Below are positions 53,620-64,000 of a DNA stretch of 64,000 nucleotides, in pieces. Location of the stretch: contig NW_027117350.1 of assembly GCF_038025025.1 (NCBI RefSeq), positions 1 to 64,000 of the forward strand, given 5' to 3'. This stretch comes from Phyllosticta citribraziliensis. Its lineage: Eukaryota. The notes below the pieces were generated by a model, which saw nothing but the letters and a program-made list of their open reading frames with translations, was not told the DNA's origin and did no database searches. How positions within the stretch are numbered: position 1 is the stretch's first letter; each line of letters opens with the position of its first letter. The translations under genes and the position numbers were made by a program.

Positions 53620-56600
53620 AATCTATAGTTCTTCTTAGAGGAAGGTAGCCTTCTATTTTTCTAGATTTTTTAGTAGTCCTGCTATAATGGGGTATAATAA
53701 GTGGAATTCTTTAATTTTCTATAGCGCGCTGCTAAAAGAACTTATATTATACTACTAGTTATCTTAGTTATATCTAGTCTATTTAACTTAGTATTAAAGC
53801 TTCCTATATAAGACTTAACTAGCTTAAATATAGTCTACTTCCTACTTAGGCTCATCTTAAATAATCTTAGGTTTAGGTTTAGTATATTCCTAACTAGGAA
53901 GCTGTTCTATTTTGGCCTTATATAGCCTATTAGTATAGAAAAGGTTAACCATCTTTATATATAAGGGAAGATTAAGGATGTAGAAGGGTCCTTCTATTTC
54001 TATAATCTTAAAAGGTCTAGTATTAGGGAAGTCTAATTTAAGGTTTAGCTAATTAGTAGACCATCTAGTTTTCTTAATATAGATATAATCTCTAACTATA
54101 AAGTCTGGCGCGCGATAGTATTTATTAGCTTATTAGTATATATACTCTTAGGATTTAAGAATAAGATTCTTTATAAATTTAAAAGCTTCTTATCTTCTCT
54201 TTTATAGCATTTATACTACTATATAAGCCATCTTTTCTAGTTACTAGGGGGTCTCTATTCTTTATTACTAGTTATAGTACATTTAAGGGGAATATCCTAA
54301 CTTAATCTTAAAAGGTAAAAGTCTAGTAGCTTTATAGGGAAGTATTACTTGTGCGAGGTCTATTAATAGTAGAAGATTAGACTAATTATTTTAAAAGTAA
54401 TTAATAAAAGGTCTTAATCTTTATATAAGATGCTGATTAATAATCTCTATAATACTATTAGTTTAAGAGTAGTAGGATGAGTTAAAATGCTGCTCTATAC
54501 TAGTCAGCTTATATAGTTTATTTATAAATGCTGAGATGAACTAAGGGCCTTAGTTAGATAGGATAGACTTAGGGTTTCTATAAATATAGTAGATATATTT
54601 ATAAAAGAGTCTAGAGACTCCTTTAGTATTAATCTTCTTTATATAAGGTAAGCTAAAGGTTCTTTAACTTAACTAGTCTATAATAACTAGGATTATATTA
54701 TAGCCTTTTTAGTCTTTAGGCATCTCTTTAAAATCTATAGCTAAGTATTACTAGGGTTGAGTGGGAATCTCTAGGGGTTATAGAAGGCCTAGGTCTTTAT
54801 TATGAAACTCTTTTATTTAGCGGTAAATATAGTATCCTTACCTATAAATATTAATTATATGATTTATAGCTGGCTAGTAGTAATATTGCTTAAGGAGTTT
54901 TCGCATCTTTATAATACTAGAATAGGTAGTTATATAGGTAGTATATAAAGTGTTAAGCATTCTTGTATAGAGGTTGTTATAATCTAGTATAAAGAGTGTG
55001 CTATATTATAGTAAAAGACCATCCTTTAGTTCCTAACTATTTCTTTATTTAAGGTCTTTTAAGAGGGCTTTTTATCTCTAGAGTTCTAATTTAGAATCTT
55101 CCTAGTTTATGTGAAGGAGTTTATCTAAAAATAATACTAGAGGAGGAAGTTCTTATTCTAAAATAGAAAGAGGGATAATAGTCTCTAGTAGGATAAGATA
55201 TATCTCTTATATAGCTTTTACTTTTTCTTTCTAAGTCTTTAGGTCTTCTTATTTTTAAGTAAGGTAATTGGCAATAATATTTTCCTTTCCTAGTTAATAA
55301 GAGAATTATATGTGGAATTCTATAAAAAACTTAGACTATCTAGCTTATTATTAATTAAGTTATCGTTTAGTAGAGTAGTACTCTAATACCTAATAGTCTA
55401 TAATTATAAGAAAAGGTTTTTTAAGGCTAATAAGTATTAGTCTCTATTCTTCTAGTCTATTCTTAATAGCTAGCAGTTCTTTATCTAAAATTCTATAATA
55501 AAGTTCTATATCAGCTATTACCTTAGAGTAGAAGGCTACTAGTTTCTAATCGCATAAAGGTTATTAGAGCTGCATTAAAACACCTATAGTAACTCTATTA
55601 CTTATATCAGTCTCTATATAAGTATTAAGAGTAGGGTTATAGTTAGCTAGGAGTATATTACTATATATTAGCTTCTTAAGTTACTAAATTACCTCTTCTT
55701 CTAGGGGTCCTAGTTATTGCCATTTTACCTTAGAGTATAGTTTCTCTAATAGTCAGCTAATTTATCTATAGTTAGGGAGAAATCATTAGTAGAAATTATA
55801 GAAACCTAGGAAGGATTAAAGAGCTTTAAGGGTTTTAGGTATTAGCTAGTTTTATATAGATTCTACCTTATCTAGGTCTATCTAAATACCTTCTATAGAA
55901 ATAATATATCTAAGGAACTTTATATAAGTAACTAAAAACTTGCTCTTCTTTAAATCTACCTATAGTCCTACTTTTTATAGTCTTACTAGTACTTTTTTTA
56001 CTTATTCCTCGTGCTCTGCAGGGTCTTTAGAGATAATAAGCATATCATCTATAAAAGCTATAATAAAATCATCTAAATACTTAAAGAGAACCTAGTTAAT
56101 AAAATATTAAAAGGCTACAGGTCTATTACTTAATCTAAATAGTAAGATACAGTATTTAAATAAGCTATATCTTATATAGAAGGTAGTCTTATCTTTAGAA
56201 TCCTTAGTAAGATAAATACAGTAGAAAGCTTATTAAATATTAAGCTTAGTATAAATTTTACCCTTTCTAATGCGCTAAAGTAACTCTATAATAAGAGGAA
56301 GGGGGTGCAAATCCTTAGCAGTTTATTTATTAAGCTATTAGTAGTCTACATAAAATCTCTATCCCCTACTAGGCTTTTTTACTATAAGAATAGGAGAAGT
56401 ATAGGTAGTAAAGCTCTTAGTAATAAAGCCTTTCTAAAGGTTCTTAATGATATACTCTTTTACAGCCTTAAGCTATTCTAGAGATATTCTATAGAGAGGA
56501 CTAGGTAGAAGCTCTAGTAGACTATTATATATAAGAGATATTTTATAATTAACCCCTATGTGATATAGTGGTAGCTTATTAGACTCTATTTTAAAAAACA

Positions 56601-59070
56601 CATCTTAAAATTCTTTATAAGTAGCTAGTAGCTTAGAAGCTAATAATTCCTTAGTTTCTTTATCTTTAAGAGCTGCTTAAACTTATATAAGGTTAATAGT
56701 ATAGATCTCTATTAGTATAACTTATATTTTATAGATAGAAAGCTTAAAAGTATCTTAAGTTTAAAATTTAATTCCCTTAATAACCTATATTAAGGGAAGA
56801 AGGTGTTTATTAAAGTTTTTATCTCTATAGTCTATATCTGCTTGATGTTCTTTCTGCGGTTTATTACTTTATATAGAGACTTTTAGTAGGCGTAAAAGAT
56901 GCTAAAAGGATTAGTTAACTAGTAGCTATCTCTAGACTAATTTATATTATTTATAGTCTAGAAGAACATTGTGCTGGTTAAAAAACTATTACCTAAGAAT
57001 TATATTATTATGGCTAATATTATAAATAAAAGTATAAGTAGAAACTATTTAATCCTAGAAGTGGAGTTAAAGATGAAAGTAAAAATTAACTTTCTTATTT
57101 ATATATTAGTTAAACCTAGTAATATTAAGCCCTTTACCTATTATTCTCTTTTTTACAGCACCTATAGACTAGAGAGTTAGTAGTAGCTTAGGGTAAATAA
57201 AACTTATACTACTAGTACTAGTATTAGCTAGGGCACGAATTTCTAAGGCGCGGCTATTAGATATAATTAAGGTTCATACAGTAAAGGGTACACCTCTAAT
57301 AAAGTAACTAAGATTTATATAAGAACCCTTAATATGTATTACTCTAAGTTTAGACCTAAGGTAGGAGACTTTACCTAGGCCTTATTATTTTCTAATAAAG
57401 ACTAATCTCCTTTATTTATATAGATATCTTTAGTGCTTTCTTCTTTAACTAACTCTATTGCCTTCATCTTAGGTTATAGGCATTATCTCTATAAATAGCT
57501 AAACTAGCTGTAGTGATTATATAGTCTAATCTCTATATAGACTTCTACTTTACCTTTATAGGTTGTATTATATAAGGGAGCCCTAGATATAGATCACGCC
57601 TAAGTATAACTAGAAGATAAAGTACTTATACTACCTAAGATAGTTATCTTTACTTATTCTTATTATCTCTTCTTTACTTATTCCTTACACGACGTAAGTA
57701 TTAGTTTTCTATAGTTAGAATAGTAGTTACTAAGACTTTAAGTAATAGGGTAGGCTTATTAGAGGTACTTATAAAAGTTAATATCCTTATCTTACTCTAT
57801 AGTAACTATATAGGTTTAAAGGAGAGGATCTATTATATTATAAAAGTCCTCTTTCTACTATTCTTAGGGAAGATCTACATCTAAGGCTAATTATATAAAG
57901 TTTAATTAAAACTTCTAAAGGTCTATAGGGATATAGTATATAAGAGAGCGTAACTACTTCTTTATATCCTTATATTTATATAGACTCTAAAGGAGGTTAT
58001 CTAGGAATTTAAAGATATCCTTATTTAGAGTAACTTTATTAGCCTTTATATAAGAAGTAAGAAAAGGAGTTAGATAATATGAGACTTCTCTACTAATATA
58101 GGAAATAATATAACCTGTAATATTCTATTTAGTCTCCTCTACTATATCTTTAGTAAAGTGATCGTGGTTTTATTTAATTTTATTTTATATAAGGAGGGTC
58201 TAGTATTTATATAAGGGGTCTTCTCTATTAATAAGAAGAGGAGGATTAGGAACCTTACTACTTTAGTATTTCTTACTACTTAAAGATAAAGTGGAGGTTT
58301 TAGTAGTAGTTTCCCTTATATAGTTAGGAGGAGGTCTAAGAGTCCTTATAACTCTACTAGTAGAAGGATCTTAAGAGAGGGTGATAGGTCTTAGGTGCTA
58401 AGCTAATAAAGAGGGCCTAATATATCCTTCCCTTAGAACTTCTCTAAGTCTATTAGTATAGTTTAAGAGTGTTTACTTAAGAGCCTAGTTTTGCCTTTAC
58501 GCGCAGTTTAGTTACTACTGTACTTAAGACTTATTTAAGGATGTAATCTTAGATTTAAATTAATTAATATCTAAGCGCGGTACCTTTATAAATGCCTCTG
58601 TAACTAGAGCTTAAACCATGTAAGTTAACTCTAGGTCTTAGGTATGTTCTTTTACCTCTACTACTAGGACTAAGTAGAAATTATATAGGAGAATAGGGGT
58701 AGGTCCTCTCTTATTATTATTTAATAAGTGTCTAGTATTATGTGAATCTTTAGTTCCTTTATGTGAATCTTATTAGGTTGATTGACTAGTACTGACACCT
58801 TTAGTAGTACTAGACGCGTTGGCTTTATTCTTAGCTATACTGTCTTTATAGTCTTCTACTTAGAATGTCCCTTAAGTAGGTTATAGATGGGATGCCTCCT
58901 AAATATTTATATACTGCTCTGTAGCCTTAACTGAAGACTTCTATAGTTAATACGTGCTTAATACTCCTTGGTCCTTAGATAATACTAATGCGCCTAATAA
59001 AGATAACTTAGGTTTACTAGGGAAAAGTAATAAGTGGTCTTATATAAGACTATAGCTGTGTATAATATTG
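53620..59070 (-). pseudogene. gag-pol remnant of A2
   Basis: The RT motif AFIDDM survives intact at 56041-56058, and the chromodomain is at ~53670-53850. The gag start is approximate. Confidence 0.88.
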
Positions 59071-59134
59071 CTTAGGTTAAATATTATAATACCTTTATAG
59101 GTGAAGAAGTAGGATGGAGCTAAAACTTAGAATA

Positions 59135-59145
59135 ATCTTTTATAT
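59135..59145 (-). other. Self-priming-type PBS of A2 (11 nt complementary to LTR 59250-59260)
   Basis: atcttttatat (59135-59145) is the exact reverse complement of atataaaagat (59250-59260). Confidence 0.75.
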
Positions 59146-59146
59146 C

Positions 59147-59569
59147 TATTATGACTTGTAGATTTCTTGTTATATAGGTGAGGGCTAAAGGTAAACTGCT
59201 AGAAAATGTGTATATATCTTAATTAAATCTAATAAGTTAAAAGAATAAAATATAAAAGATACTTGCTATCTATATATTTTCTAGTCCTTCCTTTATACTA
59301 TTCTACCTCTTATCCTTTATATAAGGGTCCTTAGTTATTATTAGGTGAGTTATAAAGGTAAGGTATTAATAGGCTATTACATGGTATCTTCTTAAGGCTG
59401 TAGTGGCTGGTGCTAGGCTGTAGTAGCTAGTACTAGCCTGTAGGTTTTAGCCTAAGCTATAGTAGGCTGCTACCTAAGGTAAGGCTTGTGCTTCCTATAA
59501 CCGCACAATGCTAAGTTCATCCGTGCTGGCCCTGGTACTTATATAGGCGCGTGTACGCCTATTGTGACA
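59147..59569 (-). repeat. 5' LTR of A2 (423 bp)
   Basis: TATTATGAC...TGTGACA, followed by the TSD. Confidence 0.95.
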
Positions 59570-62500
59570 TATAGAAACCTTATATATAGAAGAGGTAATA
59601 GGTAATAGCCTTATATAGGGAGTTAACCCTATTATCTAGGAGTCCTTCTAAGATAATAGCCTTTATAAGGTAGTTAACTATAATAAGGATATAGGAGTAG
59701 TTCTAATTATAGAAATAGGAGCCTAGGAGGTACTTAATAAAGTTAAAGCTAATACTAGTCTAGTAATAGGCTAGTAGTTCTAATAGTTAAAGGAAACCTT
59801 ACTTCTTTTAGTTATTAGTAGAAGACTAGTAGTATTAGGTATAAGTATAGGTAAAGGTTAAGTAGTTATTCTTTAGATTAGGCTAGTAGTAGGAGTAGCT
59901 AATAAGTTTACTTATTAACTTATAGCTAGGGTAATTAAGGTATAGTAGGAGGTAGTAAGCCTATATAATCTTAAGATATAATTTAGAGTTATTAAAGATA
60001 AAGAGCTAGTTTTTTATAAAAAGATAGCTATTCTTAACCTTTAGGTATCCTATATAGAGGTAATAGCCCTTTTTAATAAGGAGTACTAGGATCTTTAGAT
60101 CCTAGTTCTATATAGCTACTATAAGGTATTATATATCCTTATTAGTCTTATAGGCCTTAGTAATAAGTTCCTATAGGTAAGTAGTACTAGGGGCTCTATA
60201 GCTTTCTTCTAGTAGAGTAGTTAATAAGGATAGAGGGGATAGATTAGGAGTAGTAGAGATAGGCTAGTCTATAATATAAGGTATAGTAGAGAGGTAGGAG
60301 ATAGCTAACTATAAGGTAGGGTCTAGATAGTATTATTTTAGAATAGTTTAGTATTAATAAAATTAATAGATATTAGAGTTATCCTAAGAAAGGTCCTAGG
60401 AGTATTTAATAAGAGAGTTAGGTTTCTTACCCTACTTACTAGAGTAATATATAATTTTAAAGTTAAACTTAGATAGGAACTTAGCTTAGTAGGCCTATTA
60501 GTAATTAAGATTCTTAGTAGTTATAAACTATTCTAGGTTCTTATAGTCTAAGAAGATCTTTACTAGGTTATCTAGTTCTATACTAATAGCTATAGGGTAC
60601 TAGGACTCTAGTACCTTAATAATAGTAAGTAACTCCTTATTATAGATTTTATAGTTATACTCTATTAGGGATATTTTCTTAGAGAAGAAGGCTACTAGAT
60701 AAAGTTATCTATTAATAACTTAGAAGAGAACTCTAATAATAATAAAGTTAGAGGTATCTATCTTAATCTATATTTCCTACTTAGGATTAAAGTAGGTAAG
60801 TATTAAAGTAGAAGTAAATATAGTTTTAAGAGCCTAAAAGGTATATTTATATTTAGAGGTCTAATTTAGGGTAGTATAGATATAGTATTTCTTTTCTAAG
60901 GGGGTAGTCTTTAGTTCCCCTTTAATAAGTTCTATAAGTAGTTAAGTAAGTAAGGAGAAATCCTTAATAAAATAATAGTAGAAGTTAATAAAGCTAAAGA
61001 AGGCCTAGATATCTTTAATAGACTTTAAGGTTTACTAGTCTAGTACTACTTCTATCTTTTTAGGGTCTATATAGATACTATTAATACTAATAAGAAGGCT
61101 AAGATATTTAACTTCTTCTATATAGAACTTATACTTATAGATATTAATAAAGAGTTTCTAGTTAAGTAGGTAGATAATAATCTTTTAGATATATTCCTTA
61201 TATTCCTCTAGTATCTAATTAAAGATAATAATATTATTAAGATAGGCTATAGCCTAAAGGTTAAGATAGTCCTTAAAGGAGTTATTAATATAGCTTTAAA
61301 AGATTCTAAGAGTATTATAGAGTCTAAATAGTATTACTAGATACTTAAACTAACTATAGTAGGTAGTAAAGGCTATTTTCTATTTATCTCTTATAGTAAT
61401 CTAAATTTTATTAAAAGTAGTAATAATATTAAGTTTTATAAAGTACTTATAACCCTAGAGGTACTAGAGAGTCTTAACTATATTTAGAATTAGGTACTAG
61501 TTCTTAATAGTAATCTTATTAAGGCCCTTATAATTAATATAGACCTAAAGGCCTCTACTAGGTTTTTAGATAATAAGTACTAGAACTATAGCTAGGGAGG
61601 AGTTAAGGTAAGTATATCCTTTATATATAAGGTTATTAATATAGTAGTAGATTACTTCTATCTTTTATAGATTAAAAGGTTAGTAGTTATAAATAAATAG
61701 GGGATCCTTTCTAGCTTTAAGGGTAATTTTATAGTCTTTAAAGGAGTAATTAGGTAGAGATTTAGCCTAGTCCTAATTAAAGATAGAGATAAGGTTATAG
61801 AGGTAATTAGAGATTTATAATTTAAGTTTAGAAGATAAGAGCTTAAGTTTTCCTTTCTTAAACTTCTTAAAGTCTTTAGGAGTAATAGTATTTATTATTA
61901 TAGAATAGAGATAGGTAGTAGAGTTAGTTAAAAAGAGAATATCTAAGTTATAGTCCTATTTATAGATAATTTAGTAAAAGGATATAGTATTAATAAATTT
62001 TATATTAAAGACTAATTACTTTATACCTTATTATAATAGAGGGGTATCTATAATAAGGATTTAGATTAGTTTTCCTTTAATAAGATAACTAGCTTAGAGG
62101 TAGTTCTTAAAAGAGAGAGTAATTAAGTACTACTTATAATTAGTAGTAGTATTATACTTAAAGAGCTAGGAGTCTCCTAAGATAAGAGGAATTTATAAAA
62201 TAGTAGTAATATAGTAGAAGACCTAATTAATATAGTCTTCTAATACTATATTTACTAGGGTAGTATATTTAAGGATAGAGTTAACTAACCTATTAGTATT
62301 AAGGAGCTTTATAGGTAACTAGAGTAGGAATATATTAATATAATATTTATATATAATTCTTATTAATTATATTTACTTTAGTACTACTATTAAATAAGAT
62401 CTCTATAGAGGAACTATCTATTAAAGAGTAAAAGACTAAGTAGCCCCTAACTTAGGGTTAAGTAATATCTAGTATTAAAATCTTATAAAATAGTAAGCTA

Positions 62501-64000
62501 AGAGTTAAATCTTATTTAATAGGAAAGGAATAAAGGGATATAAGCTATATTAGCTAAGAATTTAGAGGGTAACTATCCCCTAGGTTTAACCTTTTAACTT
62601 AGAGTTAATATTAGTTTCCTTATTAATAGAAGAATATTCTAATAAACTAATATCTATAAGATTTATATAAGTAGGATAGGAGCTAGTATTCTAAATAGGA
62701 TAGATAGTATTATTAGTATAGTATCTAGAATCTTAGTAGTAGAAGTAGTAGTCCTAAGTAGTAAGCCTTATATAGCTAGTTAAATTAAGCTTCTTAGAAG
62801 ATAGTTTAGACTTATACTAGGCTCTAATCTAATCTAGAGGCCTTATAGCTATAGGCTTCTATTTAGGGCTAGAGTTAGTATTAGGGGTTAAGGCTAGTAT
62901 ATAAAAAGTAGAATAGATAGAGTTACTTCTAGCTAGCTAGTTTTACTAGTAAGAGGACTAGATATAAGGCTAGTAGGTATTAATACTAAGAGTATTTCTT
63001 TTAATATTTTAGAGAATTTTAAGGGCCTTAAAAGTCTAGGTAAAGATTAAATAGAGAATATAATAAGAGAGGGAGGGGTAAAGAGAGTAAATAAAGCTAT
63101 AGAGTTATTAGTCCTTTATATAATTAGCTTAGGACTAGAGAGTAAGGAGTCTTATATAGAACTAGAAGGTATTTTTATCTCCTCTCTAGTAAATAGAGTA
63201 GAGTTTAATATAGGCCCTTTTAACTAGATCTAATATACTAGACTAGTATTTAATTTTATAAAAGAAGTTAAAAAGGGAGATAAGGTAGCCTTCTTAATTA
63301 TAATAAGTAAACTATTCTTATATAAAGATAAAGAGAGGATTATTAAGAAAGTAAAGAGTATAAAGTATCTTCCTCTTTTCTATAAAGTAGAGAGGTATAT
63401 CTACTTTTAACTTAATTTTAATAGTAAAGTACTACTAGATATATTTATTAGAGTTTATACTATTAAATTTCTCTAATAGATATATACTAGATTTCTAGAA
63501 GGATTTAAATAGGTTAACCTAAGTAGTAGTAGAGTCTTTATAGAGGAAGGGGGTCTCTTTATAGTTATATATTAGGGGTTAGGTAGTAATTATATAATTA
63601 CTAAGAGCTTAGCTTATAGGTTCTTAAATTATAGTAAAGTAAGGAGGCTAGACTAAGTAATAGAGAGAGAGGTCTTTATTATTATTAATAACCTTAATAT
63701 AAAGAGTATTAGTAACCTTATTAGAGAGCTAGTTCTATAAGGAGATAGCTTTAACCTCTAAGGTATAAATCTCCTTAATAAGGGTTTAATAGTCTACTTT
63801 CTAAGCTAATATAGTAGTATCTTATCTTTCTATCCTAATATAGAGCCTATTAATAGTATAGCTAAGACTAAAGTTCTTTTTCCTAAGTTTATTAAAGATA
63901 CTTTTTATACTATTATAGGAGGCCTAGAGGTATTTAAAAGTAGTTATTTCTTTTATAATAAATAAAGGAATTCTAGAGATAGGGATATAGTAAAGTATTT

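Larger units (their letters stand above)
51330..59569 (-). mobile_element. Full-length 8,240-bp chromovirus LTR retrotransposon family A, copy A2
   Basis: Two 423-bp LTRs, a perfect TSD TATAG (51325-51329 and 59570-59574), and a PPT at 51753-51768. Confidence 0.96.
1..64000. other. RIP-saturated AT-rich transposon nest (AT isochore / heterochromatin) of an ascomycete fungus
   Basis: CA, TG and CG are nearly absent outside family A, and TA is in strong excess. Repeat copies differ mostly by C>T/G>A. The ORF track has only two ORFs over 60 aa in 64 kb. Confidence 0.95.
50008..64000 (-). mobile_element. Chromovirus LTR retrotransposon 'E', interrupted in integrase by A2; 5' end lies outside the window
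   Basis: RT motif DYLNL*AIAYLNNIIIF (de-RIP YLDD) at ~61220-61272. Chromodomain (de-RIP EWEVAKIVD..IQYKATF...W.PWTDF) at ~50390-50585. A G8 PPT lies at ~50295-50310. Confidence 0.88.

Noticed and set aside
56971..57180. 69-aa ORF from the ORF track
   Set aside because: It is antisense to the A2 protease region, with an I/K/N/Y-rich composition typical of RIPed DNA.

Overview
This is gene-free, AT-rich fungal (most likely Pezizomycotina) heterochromatin made almost entirely of nested Ty3/Gypsy LTR retrotransposons. It is saturated by repeat-induced point mutation (RIP): CpA/TpG and CpG are nearly absent from the older elements and TpA is in large excess. There is no intact CDS. I use my own labels for the elements. 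D runs 1-9165 (minus). C runs about 9166-38625 (minus) and is interrupted by A1 (12194-18335) and B1 (20149-32012, TSD GTCTT). B2 runs 38626-49402 (plus, 5'-truncated). An unassigned remnant lies at 49403-50007. E runs from about 50008 past 64000 (minus) and is interrupted by A2 (51330-59569, TSD TATAG). Four observations stand out. (1) Family A carries an antisense, intron-containing, Cys-rich DUF3716-like gene and has a Tf1-type self-priming site. (2) Element C carries five dispersed copies of a 29-bp palindrome, TAACTC-N4-CTAG-N-CTAG-N4-GAGTTA, plus an unexplained third ORF. (3) Family B has the reverse complement of its PBS where the PPT should be. (4) B, C and D each have a large extra ORF downstream of pol. 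All protein calls come from by-eye translation and de-RIPping, and internal boundaries are approximate.
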